DNA of 64,000 bases from an uncultured Nitrospiraceae bacterium (GCA_963727805.1 CAVSHF010000003.1:704001-768000), one strand, 5' to 3'. Positions 19,369 through 31,776 are shown, counted from the stretch's first letter. The notes: generated from the letters alone by a model not told the origin. Made by a program: numbers and translations.

Positions 19369-20331
19369 TTGAAAGCGATTCGCGTTCATGAATTCGGCCC
19401 TCCTGAGGTCATGAAGTTAGAAGAGATCGAAGACCCCATCCCCGGCAGTCATGAGGTGGTCGTAAAGATATTCGCAATCGGGGTCAATCCAGTCGATTCG
19501 TATATTCGAGCCGGCCTTTATGCTGTAAAGCCGGCCTTGCCCTATACTCCGGGTATGGATGGAGCCGGTGTAATTGAATCGCTTGGAGCAGGAGTCACAA
19601 AGGTAGCTATCGGAGAACGTGTATACTTCGGGGGAACGGTCACCGGTACTTATGCGGCAAAAGCCATCTGCACGGAATCTCAGGTTCACCCACTGCCCGA
19701 ACGTATATCTTTCGAACAGGGTGCGGGGGTCGGCGTGCCTTACGCTACTGCCTATCACGCCCTCTTCCATCGTGCTAAATCTATCCCGGGAGAATTTATC
19801 CTCGTCCACGGGGCAAGCGGTGGTGTGGGCACGGCGGCCGTACAAATAGCCCGAGCTGCCGGTATGATAGTCATCGCAACCGGAGGGACCGAAGAAGGAC
19901 GCAAACTTGCGCTTGATCAGGGGGCACACCATGCGGTCGACCACCGCGATTCCATACATCTTCAGCAGACTATGAATATAACAGGCGGCCGCGGAGTTGA
20001 TGTCATACTGGAAATGCTGGCCAATGCCAACCTTGGAAACGATCTGACCTTGCTTGCGGAAAACGGCCGTGTGGTCGTTATCGGTAGCCGTGGTAAGGTC
20101 AAGATCGATCCTCGCAATCTTATGGGCAGCAACGGGAACATTCTAGGAATGATCATACTGAAGGCTTCGGATCGGGAAAAGGCGGCCATCTATGCGGCAC
20201 TAGGCGCCGGTCTCGACAATGGGACACTTAAGCCGATAATCGGAAAAACATTGACTTTGGCAGATGCGCCACAGTCCCATCGGGAAATCATGGAATCCAG
20301 CGCTCACGGGAAAATCATACTTCTGCCCTGA
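19369..20331 (+). CDS. qor: NADPH:quinone reductase (zeta-crystallin-like MDR)
   Basis: GVNPVD, PYTPGMD, VHGASGGVG, GKIILLP. Confidence 0.9.
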   Translation: MKAIRVHEFGPPEVMKLEEIEDPIPGSHEVVVKIFAIGVNPVDSYIRAGLYAVKPALPYTPGMDGAGVIESLGAGVTKVAIGERVYFGGTVTGTYAAKAICTESQVHPLPERISFEQGAGVGVPYATAYHALFHRAKSIPGEFILVHGASGGVGTAAVQIARAAGMIVIATGGTEEGRKLALDQGAHHAVDHRDSIHLQQTMNITGGRGVDVILEMLANANLGNDLTLLAENGRVVVIGSRGKVKIDPRNLMGSNGNILGMIILKASDREKAAIYAALGAGLDNGTLKPIIGKTLTLADAPQSHREIMESSAHGKIILLP

Positions 20332-20384
20332 CCGGTCATCCCGGCGGGTGGGTGAATAACATTAGCGAAAGGAAAGGCACGAAA

Positions 20385-20855
20385 ATGAAGAAATTACTCA
20401 TTGCAATTGACGGTTCGGACTACGCATTGAAGGCGGTCGACTATGTCAGTAACCAATTTAGCAGCGAAGACCTGCAGATAACCCTCTTTCATGTACTTCC
20501 ATACATACCGGCCGAGTTTTGGGATGACGGGCACATACTTACCGAAGAAGAAAGAAGATCGAGAAAAGACGTCGTCGACAAATGGGTGTCCAACCAGACA
20601 TCGAAACTAAAACCCATTTTCAGTGCTGCATTAAAAGTACTAACCAGCTCAGGGATCAAGGAAGAAAGGATTAGTACAAAGTGGATAGCTGATTCGACAG
20701 ATATCGTAGGCAGCATTCTTGAAGAAGCGCGCACAGGGGGCTACGATATGCTCGTTGTAGGCAGGTATGGTCATGGCAGCAATGTAGGCCGGGTGGGCGA
20801 TATCACAGAGCAGTTAGTCAGACAAGGCTCCGGGACAACCTTGTGCGTAGTATAG
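20385..20855 (+). CDS. Universal stress protein
   Basis: KKLLIAIDGS...ITLFHV...YDMLVVGRYG. Confidence 0.85.
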   Translation: MKKLLIAIDGSDYALKAVDYVSNQFSSEDLQITLFHVLPYIPAEFWDDGHILTEEERRSRKDVVDKWVSNQTSKLKPIFSAALKVLTSSGIKEERISTKWIADSTDIVGSILEEARTGGYDMLVVGRYGHGSNVGRVGDITEQLVRQGSGTTLCVV

Positions 20856-21106
20856 CGAAACCCATTGGTTGGACAGTTTGACAGCTGATTTAAGGTCGTA
20901 CCCACGGTTCGGCATGCTGAGATTTTTCCGAATGGCTCTACCGTAAGTGGCGCAAAGAACGAACATCAATTAGATGGCTAACACCAACCTGAGAGGGTTT
21001 GGAGAGATCTGAGGATATTGTCCTGTCCGGAGAAGAGGTATTCGGAGATGGAGGAGAGATCCCGTCTCACATCACAGTTCCCCGCTCATGAGGGAAAGCT
21101 CAGTTG

Positions 21107-21934
21107 TTAAGCTGCCGTCAACTCAAGCACTGCTATTTCTGGAGGACAATTCAGTCGTATTGGGACGATACTCCAGCCGGTCCCACGGGATATGAACACA
21201 GGGAACCCCCGTTTTGACAGTTTCAGACCGAAATTATAGTTATGATTCTTAACAGGCAGCCATGGTTGACTAAGAAATGGGATATTAATCTGCCCACCGT
21301 GGGTATGGCCGCAAATCATCAGATCGACACGCCCCTGGAAATCCATGTCAGCCGTGTCCGGATTGTGGGCGAGGACTACCCTGCAGTCCCCATCCGGGAT
21401 ATCCTTCATTATAATATCGAGCGGCTTGTAATCCTCCTGCAAGTCACCAGAGCCGACCAGCCACAGGCTTTCACCGTTTCTCGTTAGCTTATGTACTGAG
21501 TGGTGAAGATTCTGGCCGCTCTTTTCGAGCCACTGCTGCGATCTCTCAGAGTCCGCCCAGTGATCATGGTTCCCCAAAACAGAATACACGCCTTCTTTGG
21601 CACTGAGCCTACACATCTCCGGCCAGACAGCATCAATCTCTTCGGTCGTATGGCGCCTTTGAACATAATCACCAGTACACGCCACAATATCGGTTGCGAC
21701 AGAATTAACTCTGTGCACCACCTGGCGGACGTAGGGTGTCGAGTCAAGAACCCCATAATGCAAATCAGTTAGATGGGCAATTGTAAAACCATCAAAAGAT
21801 TTAGGTAGCCCGGACACAGGGATGCGGTATCGATTAATCGGAGTATCCCCGGCAATGGCCATTTCGGGGGAAAGTATAAAAGAACCACAGAAGCCCGACG
21901 AGAGAAGTATTTTAAGAAACGTCCTTCTATCCAC
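21107..21934 (-). CDS. Metallophosphoesterase (YkuE-like) with Tat signal
   Basis: DRRTFLK; DLH, GD, GNHD, HNPD, GHTHGGQ. Confidence 0.9.
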   Translation of the reverse strand: MDRRTFLKILLSSGFCGSFILSPEMAIAGDTPINRYRIPVSGLPKSFDGFTIAHLTDLHYGVLDSTPYVRQVVHRVNSVATDIVACTGDYVQRRHTTEEIDAVWPEMCRLSAKEGVYSVLGNHDHWADSERSQQWLEKSGQNLHHSVHKLTRNGESLWLVGSGDLQEDYKPLDIIMKDIPDGDCRVVLAHNPDTADMDFQGRVDLMICGHTHGGQINIPFLSQPWLPVKNHNYNFGLKLSKRGFPVFISRGTGWSIVPIRLNCPPEIAVLELTAA

Positions 21935-22306
21935 AGAAAATCTCCTTCCACTTGAAGTGCAAAGATTGAATCTTTGAGCTACCCGTGACTGAGATAAGGA
22001 ATCAGTCGGGGCTTCAAGGCACTGCGGGATTTATGAGCTCTTTTCGAGACGCTCTGCCACCCAGACTTTATTATACACTGTCGGGGCACTCCCAGTCGCT
22101 TCGATCCCCTGGAATTAAGCATCACATTGCGCAATTACCTTGTTATGCTTTATTCCACACATTCCAAGATAGTCTTGTTCTTGCCAGACTGCTTTTAATT
22201 CCATGCACAATGTAACCCTTCTAGAGCAGGAATTGCCAGGTATGCTCCATCCTGGCCGATGATACCGGTAATAAGCGCTTTTTTCATGAGAACGCTCTCC
22301 TTCTTC

Positions 22307-23686
22307 TTATTTGACGGTTTCATCTATCAGGCGGAGCAGCTCTTCTGTCTTCTCCCGCATGAGGGTCTCATCGCCCCTCGCTTCGACATTGAGGCGAACA
22401 ACGGGCTCTGTATTGGAACAGCGAATGTTAAAACGCCACTGCTCAAACTCCATAGAAAGACCGTCGGTGTAGTCAACACCCGGATGCAGCGGAATGTAGT
22501 GCTGACGTATCCGTTCGATGGCTGCTTCGGGATTCGCAAGTACCCGGTTGATCTCGCCGCTGACCGGGAAAAGCCCAAGCCTATCGCCGACAAGCTTCGA
22601 CAAGGCTAACCCTGTCCTGCTCATAATCTGCAACACCAACAGCCAAGGGATCATGCCGCTGTCACAATAGGCGAAATCCCTGAAATAATGGTGAGCGCTC
22701 ATCTCTCCGCCGTACACGGCATCTTCCGCACGCATTCGTTCTTTGATGAACGCATGCCCTGTCTTACTCATTATCGCAACTCCGCCGGCATTGTTCACCA
22801 TGTCCACCGTATTCCAGGTAAGACGCGGGTCGTGAATGATGCGGCCGCCTGGGTACTTTGCCAGAATGGCAGATGACAAGAGCCCAACTACATAGTAACC
22901 CTCGACAAACGTACCCTGTTCATCAAACAAGAAGCAACGGTCAAAATCCCCGTCCCAGGCAATACCGATGTCCGCCCGGCTGTCCCGCACAGCGGCAATC
23001 GTCGCGGCACGATTCTCAGGTAGCAGAGGGTTCGGTATGCCGTTGGGAAAGTTTCCATCCGGCTGGTGATTTATCTTGATAAACGATACCGGAAGACTCT
23101 TTTCAAGTAGGTCAATGACCCTGCCAGCGCATCCGTTTCCAGAATTCACTACAACCTTCAGCGGACGCAGGGAAGAGACGTCCACGTAGCCCAGCAGGTG
23201 GGATATATATGCAGCCTCGATGTTCAACGACACAACAGTTCCGATTCTATCGGCCGGTTCAAAACAGTTGGCTCGCACCAGTTCCTTGATGTCATTCAGA
23301 CCGGTATCTCCGCTGATCGGTCGCGCATCCTCCCGCACCAGTTTCATGCCGTTATAATCCGCTGGGTTATGACTCGCCGTCACCATGATGCCGCCGTCCA
23401 GTCGTTCGTGGAAGGTTGCAAAATAGACCTCTTCTGTTCCGCAAATCCCTATATCAAGAACATCACTGCCGCCATGCGTCAATCCGCGCACGAGGGCATT
23501 GGCCAATGATGCGCTCGAGAGGCGGACATCACGCCCGACAACTATCCTGGAGGGTCTGAGAAACTCGGCATAGGCCCTTCCAATTCGATAGGCGATCTCC
23601 TCATTGAGAGTATCAGGGACCCTTCCTCGAATATCGTAAGCTTTGAAGCAACTAAGGTCTCGGCTATTATTATCTTCCGTAAACAT
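22307..23686 (-). CDS. manB: Phosphomannomutase (start uncertain)
   Basis: [26 protein letters not shown]. Confidence 0.92.
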   Translation of the reverse strand: MFTEDNNSRDLSCFKAYDIRGRVPDTLNEEIAYRIGRAYAEFLRPSRIVVGRDVRLSSASLANALVRGLTHGGSDVLDIGICGTEEVYFATFHERLDGGIMVTASHNPADYNGMKLVREDARPISGDTGLNDIKELVRANCFEPADRIGTVVSLNIEAAYISHLLGYVDVSSLRPLKVVVNSGNGCAGRVIDLLEKSLPVSFIKINHQPDGNFPNGIPNPLLPENRAATIAAVRDSRADIGIAWDGDFDRCFLFDEQGTFVEGYYVVGLLSSAILAKYPGGRIIHDPRLTWNTVDMVNNAGGVAIMSKTGHAFIKERMRAEDAVYGGEMSAHHYFRDFAYCDSGMIPWLLVLQIMSRTGLALSKLVGDRLGLFPVSGEINRVLANPEAAIERIRQHYIPLHPGVDYTDGLSMEFEQWRFNIRCSNTEPVVRLNVEARGDETLMREKTEELLRLIDETVK

Positions 23687-25079
23687 CCTCAAACCTGACA
23701 ATATCGTCCTCGCCAAGATAGCTGCCTGACTGCACCTCGATCAGTTCCAGCGGTATTACCCCCGGATTTTCAAGTCGATGTGTTTCTCCGATCGGTATGT
23801 ATGTGGACTGGTTTTCTGAAAGAAGAACAGTCTCGTCACCCCTCGTAATGCGCGCAGTCCCCTTCACCACTATCCAGTGTTCCGCCCGGTGATGATGCAT
23901 CTGCAAAGAAAGCGCAGCCCCAGGATTAACACTAATACGTTTTACCTGGAAACGTACGTCGCAATCTACACATTGATATGATCCCCAGGGACGATATACT
24001 TTCCTGTGAATAACAGCCTCCTGCCGATTTTGGGACTTTAACTGACTGACAATTGCCTTAACGCCCTGAACACGGTCCTTTCGTGCGACCAACACGGCAT
24101 CTGACGTTTCGACGATGATATGATCCTCAAGCCCCACCGACGCGACAAGGCGGCTTTCAGCAGAAATGAAGCAACCCTTGGACTCATGCACTAATACATC
24201 ACCTTTGAGGACATTACCGGATGCGTCCTGGTCTCCAATTTCCCAGAGGGCTGACCAGGAACCAACATCGCTCCAACCGGCGTCAAGGGGAACAACCATT
24301 GCTTCGGTCGTTTTTTCCATTACAGCGTAGTCGATTGAATCGATGGGGCAAGTCGCAAACGCTTCTCTGGAAAGGCGAGTAAAGTCCATATCTCGCACAG
24401 AACCTTCATGCGCAGCGCGACAGGCGGCCACCATTGCAGGTTGGTATTTTTCTAATTCTGCCAGGTAGCGCTCGGCCGCGAACATGAATATGCCACTGTT
24501 CCAAAAATAGTCGCCAGACTTGACATACTGCTCTGCAGTTGAGCGATCCGGTTTTTCGACAAAGGCGGCCACCATATGGGCGTCTGCTTCAGGATCGTGC
24601 CTGTCAGCTCGGATATACCCGTACCCGGTTTCAGGCCCCTTGGGCAGAACGCCGAAAGTAACCAGTTTGCCAGCCTCGGCATACAATCTGCCCGCTTCAA
24701 CTGCCCTGTGAAATGCAGCTTTATCGGCGATCGCATGGTCGGCAGGGAGAACAAGCAGTACGGGATTTTGACCATCTTTTATAGCTTCCAAAGCGGCCAA
24801 AGCAGCGGCCGGAGCGGTATTTCTGCCAAAGGGCTCCAGAATAATCGCGGCCGGGTTAATACCTGTCTGACGCATCTGCTCTGCCACCATAAAGCGGTGT
24901 TCCTCATTACAAATCACCAGTGGGGCAGCGGTTCTAGACATACCGGTAAGCCTTAATGCAGTATCCTGCAACATCGTATTTTGATTGACCAAAGCGATGA
25001 GCTGCTTCGGATACAATTCACGAGAAAGGGGCCACAGGCGGCTACCAGTGCCGCCGGCAAGTATAACTGGTACGATCAT
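23670..25079 (-). CDS. manC: Mannose-1-phosphate guanylyltransferase/mannose-6-phosphate isomerase
   Basis: [28 protein letters not shown]-terminal cupin RPWG...HHHRAEHW. Confidence 0.95.
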   Translation of the reverse strand: MIVPVILAGGTGSRLWPLSRELYPKQLIALVNQNTMLQDTALRLTGMSRTAAPLVICNEEHRFMVAEQMRQTGINPAAIILEPFGRNTAPAAALAALEAIKDGQNPVLLVLPADHAIADKAAFHRAVEAGRLYAEAGKLVTFGVLPKGPETGYGYIRADRHDPEADAHMVAAFVEKPDRSTAEQYVKSGDYFWNSGIFMFAAERYLAELEKYQPAMVAACRAAHEGSVRDMDFTRLSREAFATCPIDSIDYAVMEKTTEAMVVPLDAGWSDVGSWSALWEIGDQDASGNVLKGDVLVHESKGCFISAESRLVASVGLEDHIIVETSDAVLVARKDRVQGVKAIVSQLKSQNRQEAVIHRKVYRPWGSYQCVDCDVRFQVKRISVNPGAALSLQMHHHRAEHWIVVKGTARITRGDETVLLSENQSTYIPIGETHRLENPGVIPLELIEVQSGSYLGEDDIVRFEDVYGR

Positions 25080-25132
25080 TTTGATTGGATCCTCCTCATC
25101 ATCATAATTATGCAACTCGGCAGGGCGTATTT

Positions 25133-25625
25133 CTAGGCACGGTAGATTATCCGGCCATCGCCGCGCACGACATTCTTCGTATCCACAACCGAAATGCGGA
25201 GCGAATCAAAATCAATCTTCCTGTATGCATGGTGGGTTGTGGCAATCAGGATCAGGTCAAGGTCGCAGCTGAACGCCGCCGATCTCCGTCCGGGTTAACG
25301 ACCATATTCCCGTGCAATCGAACAACAAGTATATACGGATCATTGTAGCTGACCTCGGCTTCCAGCTCTTCCAGCTGCAATAGGACGGGAACCCCTATCG
25401 TCGTCCACGTTTGCCTTGTAAGACAGACCAAATATCAGTCTGCGGGCGTCTTTAATCGCCTCGCCGTCGTCGTTCAGGACAAGCATCATCTAATTTTTAT
25501 TATAACGTAATTGGGTATGACGGTGTTGATCTCGCCGGCAAGCTCGATGCAGGGTGTTTGGCACTCGAACTCACGAGTCTTCCAGTTAAGACAGAACATG
25601 TCGAGGGGAAAGATTGACCGAGTCT
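25133..25625 (-). pseudogene. Degraded 3' fragment of a UDP-N-acetylhexosamine/UDP-glucose dehydrogenase
   Basis: Frameshifted pieces WKTREFE...IELAGEINT..PNYVI, GLSYKANVDDDRGSPS, DLILIATTH, VVDTKN. Confidence 0.75.
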
Positions 25626-25682
25626 ATGAGTCGCTGTCAACGCGAACTCACGGACAAAGGTCGCCCCCCCTTACCTTCTCGG

Positions 25683-26930
25683 CTACCGCTTTTTCTTTGG
25701 TTCTGGGAAGCTCAATTTATCGCCGACCACAATCTTATTATCTTTCTTGAGCTGTTTATTTTGCTGCTTTACCTGTTCAATCAGCTCATTATTAGCTGTC
25801 CCGTAAACGTCACGGACAAGAGAATAAAGAGTATCTCCCTTTTTCACAACTCTTTTTACTGGGAAATTACTTTTAACAGATTTTTCCTTCCTTTCCTTGA
25901 GTGGCTGCCCAATCTCTGTTTTTATTGGAGCCGTTTTGACCTTTTCTGGAACGACGACATACTCGTTTTGATTAACGTCCAGAGCAGGCTTTTGCGATGT
26001 GGTCATCTGAGCAAATTTTGATAAAACTTGATCTTTAAAAGGGGATATCAAGACAATGTACCCTGCTAAAAGAATTAAGATGGCTGAGGCGATCAGCAAC
26101 CTAATTAGAATCGGCTTCTTTTTGTTCCCTTCAAAATCAGCGATCACTGCCTTCGCGGTCCGGGCGCTGATCGCCTTTTCCTGTCTCCCAAAGCCGATGA
26201 CAAGGGCATTGCCACAGAGGATATTAATCACTCTTGGGATGCCTCGGGCATACCTTATAATATAGTTCAGTGCTGCTTTTTTGAAGAGAGCGATGTCTAG
26301 TCTGCCTGCTTTTGCCAGTCGATTCTGAATGTATTGCACACTTTCTCGTCTGGAAAACGGAATAATGCGTGCACGTAGCACAATGCGCTGATTAAGTTGC
26401 CTCAATTCCCACTGATTTAGTTTCTCTTCAAATTCCAGCTGGCCGATAAGAACTATCTGGAGTAGCTTGTCCTCGGAAGTCTCCACATTGGAGAGCATGC
26501 GGAGAATTTCCAGGGTTTCTACGGTCATATTCTGGGCCTCGTCTATAATAAGTACTACCATGTGACCCTGTTTGTTTTCATCGATTAGGATCAGATGCAG
26601 CTGATTTACCATTTCAGGAAGATCGTCTGTTTCAGGGGCAACACCAAGCTCCTGGTACACACTCTTAAGGAGCTCCTTGAATGAGACATTGGCATAGAGT
26701 ATATAGATCGTTTTGAATGCAGATTTATCGACCTGCTCCAAATAAGATCGGAGGATCGTCGTTTTGCCAACTCCGACCTCTCCTATTATTGCGACAAAGC
26801 CTTTCCTATGGTTAACCCCGTAAATTATTGAAGCGAGCGCTTCCCTATGGCTGGGACTTAAAAAAAGAAATTCCGGGTTTGGCGTGGTATTAAAAGGCTC
26901 TTTTGTCAGCTGGTAATAATCAAGATACAT
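25683..26930 (-). CDS. ExeA/GspA-type AAA ATPase with TM and C-terminal LysM domain
   Basis: PFNTTPNPEF, GEVGVGKTT, IIDEAQN; VKKGDTL...IVVGDKLSFP. Confidence 0.85.
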   Translation of the reverse strand: MYLDYYQLTKEPFNTTPNPEFLFLSPSHREALASIIYGVNHRKGFVAIIGEVGVGKTTILRSYLEQVDKSAFKTIYILYANVSFKELLKSVYQELGVAPETDDLPEMVNQLHLILIDENKQGHMVVLIIDEAQNMTVETLEILRMLSNVETSEDKLLQIVLIGQLEFEEKLNQWELRQLNQRIVLRARIIPFSRRESVQYIQNRLAKAGRLDIALFKKAALNYIIRYARGIPRVINILCGNALVIGFGRQEKAISARTAKAVIADFEGNKKKPILIRLLIASAILILLAGYIVLISPFKDQVLSKFAQMTTSQKPALDVNQNEYVVVPEKVKTAPIKTEIGQPLKERKEKSVKSNFPVKRVVKKGDTLYSLVRDVYGTANNELIEQVKQQNKQLKKDNKIVVGDKLSFPEPKKKR

Positions 26931-27279
26931 GGTCTTTTACACAAGCTTTTAATGAGAGTTTATATGTTTGATCCTTGCTGCAGTCCGCCTGCTTCCCGCT
27001 GTAGGACAAGAGCCGGTGAACGGTCGGAACATATAGCGCAACAAGCGGGGGATACGTCACGATCGTAAGGACATGCGCTTTTTTAAGGTTCGATGTTAGA
27101 AAGGAGTTCAAGGTTAGAGGCTGTTCCATGTTAATGACATTTCAGCGTTTTAGATTATAAAGTCAGTTGTTGATCGTTAGCACTGCTCCGCCCCCTCGGT
27201 CACAAGCCGTGACAAGAAGTTCAATGTTAGAGACGGTGCTACGTCCACCGTTGGAGCTAGTAACAGACTCAACGTCGGA

Positions 27280-27540
27280 CGTTGACTCTGTTACAGCAGC
27301 ATTCGGCTTGTTTGTCGTCAACCTTTATGTAGCCCGTGATCACGCTGTGAGGTCAGTGTTTTCGATATGTTCGGCGGTCTTCGCACTTTCTTTCGATTTC
27401 CGCGTCCTTGTCAATCCTTTTATCCAATACCTCGGCATAGAGGATCTCGCTGTTGACGAGGCCTTCGAGCACGGCCCTTTTGCCCTGTCCGAAGGTTCAG
27501 AGTGTATGAAGCGGTTCAACCATGGTGGCGAGTTGCCGCT
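27280..27540 (-). pseudogene. Possible remnant of a SurA/PrsA-like chaperone N-terminal domain
   Basis: Interrupted frame KRAVLEGLVNSEILYAEVLDKRIDKDAEIERK resembles the helical N-domain of PPIases. Confidence 0.35.
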
Positions 27541-27963
27541 CAAAAAAAGCTAATTTTCACCACGTTCATTGTACTACTTACAGTAATTATGTCAACCATC
27601 GGACACTTTGTCAATAATTCCAATACTAAATGCATGTGACGGCCATCACTCATTTTGCAAATTCCTCTTGAATTAGGTAAGTTATTGATCTTTTAGGTCT
27701 TTGTCTTTATTGGATAGGTCCAACTTACCCACATTTTGGGTGAGGCAACTAATACAATTCCCTATCAATTTTTATGTGAAGCAACAAGTTCAAAGCAGCG
27801 ACATGCGATAACATTCAATATAAGGGAAACATTACTTATGTGGCATCTGAAGTGGTTCATCTCAAGGGTGCAAAGGCTGAATAATATCCCTGACTGATCC
27901 ACAAGGCATCTGAACCCGACTCAATCAATACACTGATTCTCAATATATGATAAAATATCGCGT

Positions 27964-28929
27964 ATGAAAAGCAGAATTTGCAAGAGAATCCTCATCACCG
28001 GAGGCGCGGGCTTCCTCGGTTCACATCTGTGCGAAAGGCTTTTGATTGACGGGAATGAAGTGCTTTGCGTCGATAATTTCTATACGGGCAGCAAAGAAAA
28101 TATTGCTCATTTAATGACAAACCCATATTTTGAAGTTCTCCGCCATGATATCTGTTTCCCGCTGTATGTTGAAGTTGACGAGATTTATAATTTAGCATGT
28201 CCCGCATCACCGGTCCATTATCAGTTTGACCCGGTACAGACAACTAAGGCTTCAGTTCACGGAGCTATTAATATGCTTGGACTCGCCAAGCGTGTGAAAG
28301 CCAGGATACTGCAGGCGTCAACAAGTGAAGTCTATGGTGATCCAACTGAACATCCGCAGACAGAAAGTTATTGGGGCAATGTTAACCCTATTGGTCTGAG
28401 ATCCTGCTATGATGAGGGCAAACGATGCGCCGAGACACTCTTTTTTGACTATCACAGACAGCACAAGATTAAGATAAAAGTAGCGCGAATTTTTAATACG
28501 TATGGGCCAAGGATGCATCCCGACGACGGCCGTGTTGTGAGTAATTTTATCATGCAAGCTTTAAGAGGGAAAGATATAACAGTCTTCGGAGACGGTTTGC
28601 AGACAAGAAGCTTCTGTTTTGTCGACGATATGGTTGATGGCCTTATGAGGCTCATGATTAGTCCGGAGGATTTTGTGGGGCCGGTAAACTTAGGGAATCC
28701 AATTGAGTTCTCGATACTCGAACTTGCAAATAAAGTTATAGAAATGGCTGGTTCAAAATCTAAAGTCGTTTTTAAACCTTTACCTTCTGATGATCCAAGA
28801 CAAAGGCAACCTTTTATTGAACTGGCTAGAGATAAGCTCCATTGGGAACCACAAGTACAGCTTGAAGAAGGTCTCAAAAAAACGATCACGTACTTCGAGA
28901 ACTTAATCAGAAGGACTAAAACTTCATAA
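27964..28929 (+). CDS. UDP-glucuronate decarboxylase (UDP-xylose synthase family)
   Basis: [38 protein letters not shown]. Confidence 0.92.
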   Translation: MKSRICKRILITGGAGFLGSHLCERLLIDGNEVLCVDNFYTGSKENIAHLMTNPYFEVLRHDICFPLYVEVDEIYNLACPASPVHYQFDPVQTTKASVHGAINMLGLAKRVKARILQASTSEVYGDPTEHPQTESYWGNVNPIGLRSCYDEGKRCAETLFFDYHRQHKIKIKVARIFNTYGPRMHPDDGRVVSNFIMQALRGKDITVFGDGLQTRSFCFVDDMVDGLMRLMISPEDFVGPVNLGNPIEFSILELANKVIEMAGSKSKVVFKPLPSDDPRQRQPFIELARDKLHWEPQVQLEEGLKKTITYFENLIRRTKTS

Positions 28930-29089
28930 TTTACACATTCACACCGAGTGAGCAGTCTATTTCTTAACGTCTTTGTAGGAAGGCATGAGCCTGATCAGCT
29001 TAAGACTATCCACAGTAAGGGCCTAGCATGGATTCAACTTCGAAGATTATGCTCAATCACTTCAAGCACTTTGGAGATGCGTAGTTAAA

Positions 29090-30058
29090 ATGAAAAAAAT
29101 ATTAGTCACTGGCGGTGCAGGCTACATAGGAAGTCATGCGTGTAAGGCACTTGCATTGCAAGGGTATCTACCCATTACCTATGACAATCTTATTTATGGA
29201 CATGAATGGGCTGTCAAATGGGGACCGTTTGAAAAAGGCGATATTAATGATAGAAGTCGGTTAGATGAAGTATTCAATAAATATAAGCCAGATGCTGTGA
29301 TGCACTTTGCGGCCTACGCCTACGTGGGTGAATCAGTTGTGCATCCGGCAAAATATTATAGAAATAATGTTGCAGGTAGTTTGACGCTGCTTGAAGCAAT
29401 GAAGGATCACCGGGTTGATAAATTTATTTTTTCAAGTAGCTGCGCTACCTACGGGACGCCAATTAAGCTGCCTATTCCTGAGGATCATGAACAAAAACCC
29501 ATCAACCCTTATGGAAGGACGAAGTTAACAGTTGAACAAATCATGGCGGATTTCGCCCAGGCTTATGGCTTGCATCACGTATCATTGCGTTATTTTAATG
29601 CAGCTGGCGCAGACCCTGATGCTGAAATAGGAGAAGACCATAATCCCGAGACACATCTTATTCCTTTGGTGCTCAAGGTGGCGGCAGGAGAGATGCCGCA
29701 CATAGTTATCTACGGGGATGATTACGACACTCAAGATGGAACCTGTATTCGTGATTTTATACACGTGTCAGATCTTGCACAGGCGCACATATTGGCGTTA
29801 ATGAAACTGGAAAAGGGTTGTATTAATACCGCTTACAACTTAGGCAATGGACAAGGCTTCTCAGTAAAGCAAGTTATTGAAACAGCGAGAAGAGTTACCA
29901 AAAAAGAAATAACAGTAAAAGTTGGCATGCGTCGTCCTGGTGATCCTCCATGTCTTGTGGGTGCAGCGCAGAAAGCTGTTACAGAACTGCAGTGGTCTCC
30001 AAGGTATCCCTCACTATCCTCTATAATAGAAACCGCTTGGAAATGGGTCCTTCATTAA
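29090..30058 (+). CDS. galE: UDP-glucose 4-epimerase
   Basis: TGGAGYIGSH, YGRTK, LRYFNAAGA, DGTCIRDFIHV. Confidence 0.92.
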   Translation: MKKILVTGGAGYIGSHACKALALQGYLPITYDNLIYGHEWAVKWGPFEKGDINDRSRLDEVFNKYKPDAVMHFAAYAYVGESVVHPAKYYRNNVAGSLTLLEAMKDHRVDKFIFSSSCATYGTPIKLPIPEDHEQKPINPYGRTKLTVEQIMADFAQAYGLHHVSLRYFNAAGADPDAEIGEDHNPETHLIPLVLKVAAGEMPHIVIYGDDYDTQDGTCIRDFIHVSDLAQAHILALMKLEKGCINTAYNLGNGQGFSVKQVIETARRVTKKEITVKVGMRRPGDPPCLVGAAQKAVTELQWSPRYPSLSSIIETAWKWVLH

Positions 30059-30560
30059 AGCGGTAAAGGGATCTATCGATTTTAGTAGCAATGGCGTTCA
30101 ATAAATAAACAACATGAGACAACTCGCGCCGGAGCAGCGCTTCGCTGGTGCCGTTGCTCGACCCCGCATACTGCTTAACTCAAGCGCTTTACGTAGGGAA
30201 TTCAATGAACGCTTCGACGCCCTACCCCGAGGATCTGAAGTGTCCGCGTCTTGAAGCAGGGCATATTATACACAAAAGACAGGCTCGTCTTTAATGTGGA
30301 CGACCTGACAAATGCCGTCTCGGAAATATCCTCATAAATTTAACCCAATCGGATTGCTACTCGCTGATTTTTTTACGTTCATATGCCGATCAAGTCTATT
30401 GGCCATTGTTCCGCATACAAGATGGAAGCCATGATATGCCTTGAAGCTGGCTTATTCCCCTGAGTGATTAAATACGTTATACTTAAACAATTGGGAGGAA
30501 GTGACCAGCACGATGGAGATTTGCACGTGCCAAAGCAAACGCCCCGCAAGGAGAATATGA

Positions 30561-30772
30561 GGCGTCGGTTTTGACATGATTTATGCAGATAAACTCTTTC
30601 GCATATTCCAGCGTCTCCATCATCAGGATGAATTTGATGGCACGGGCATTGGTCTTGCAAATGTCCGCAGAATTGTATCACGCCGTAGGGAAAAACCTGA
30701 ACTAAAGGTCCCGTAGGGCACGGAGCTATCTTTTACGTTAGCCTCGTCAAAACAAAGGAGACAGTATCATGC
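30561..30772 (+). pseudogene. C-terminal remnant of a sensor histidine kinase (HATPase_c)
   Basis: [37 protein letters not shown], then a frameshift and G.GAIFYVSL; no N-terminal part. Confidence 0.8.
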
Positions 30773-31212
30773 CGGAACTGAAGAATATTTTACTGGTCGA
30801 AGATGATCCATTCGATGTGGAACTTATTATTACAAGTCTTGCAGAGAGCGGTATCACCAATCAAGTTGATGTTCTCAGGGATGGCGATGGGGTTCTGGAT
30901 TATCTGCACTGCGGCGGAGAGTTTGCTGACAGGGTTGACTGCGTCCCTGCCATCGTCTTACTTGACCTCAAGCTTCCCAAGGTCGGTGGACTTGAAGTCC
31001 TCAAGCTGATCAGAGCCGACAAAATGTTTAATCGTCTGCCAGTAGTCATCCTTACATCATCGGGCGAAGAGCAGGACATTATCGCTGGGTACGAGCTAGG
31101 CACCAATGCATATGTTGTGAAGCCGGTCAATTATCTCGAATTTGTCGCTGCGATAAAAGAGCTTGGGAGTTTCTGGGCTATACTCAATGAGCCTCCACGC
31201 ATCAGAAGGTAG
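30769..31212 (+). CDS. Single-domain response regulator (Rcp1-like)
   Basis: [26 protein letters not shown]. Confidence 0.9.
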   Translation: MPELKNILLVEDDPFDVELIITSLAESGITNQVDVLRDGDGVLDYLHCGGEFADRVDCVPAIVLLDLKLPKVGGLEVLKLIRADKMFNRLPVVILTSSGEEQDIIAGYELGTNAYVVKPVNYLEFVAAIKELGSFWAILNEPPRIRR

Positions 31213-31246
31213 GTCAAAACACTATGCGAATCATCATCACGAAAAA

Positions 31247-31708
31247 ATGAATAACGAACAACTGAATAACGACAAGCCTATCGATATCCTACTGGTGGAG
31301 GACAATCCCGGAGATGTACGCCTGACCATAGAGGTACTCAAGGATGCCAAGGTTCGCAACAATATGTGCACGGTCAACGACGGTGCCGCCGCACTGGCCT
31401 ATCTCAGGCGTGAAGGGGATTACGCTGATGCACCCCGACCGGACCTCATACTGCTTGACCTGAACTTGCCGAAGAAAGACGGACGGGAGGTGCTAGCAGA
31501 GATAAAAACAGACGCCAACCTGAGACGTATCCCCGTAGTAGTCCTTACAGTATCCAAGGATGAGGAAGACATACTTAAGGCCTACGATCTTTATGCCAAT
31601 TGTTACATTACAAAGCCGATCGATCTAGGCCAGTTCATCAACGTCATTAGAACTATTAAAGAATTCTGGCTAACCATTGTCAAATTGCCGCCGGATGTCA
31701 AGAAATAA
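31247..31708 (+). CDS. Single-domain response regulator (Rcp1-like)
   Basis: [39 protein letters not shown]. Confidence 0.9.
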   Translation: MNNEQLNNDKPIDILLVEDNPGDVRLTIEVLKDAKVRNNMCTVNDGAAALAYLRREGDYADAPRPDLILLDLNLPKKDGREVLAEIKTDANLRRIPVVVLTVSKDEEDILKAYDLYANCYITKPIDLGQFINVIRTIKEFWLTIVKLPPDVKK

Positions 31709-31776
31709 GTGGCATTATTTTGTCCGCGCGCCTGAAATAAGAATTCCCAGAAAAGTCCCTGCACGGTTTCATACAG

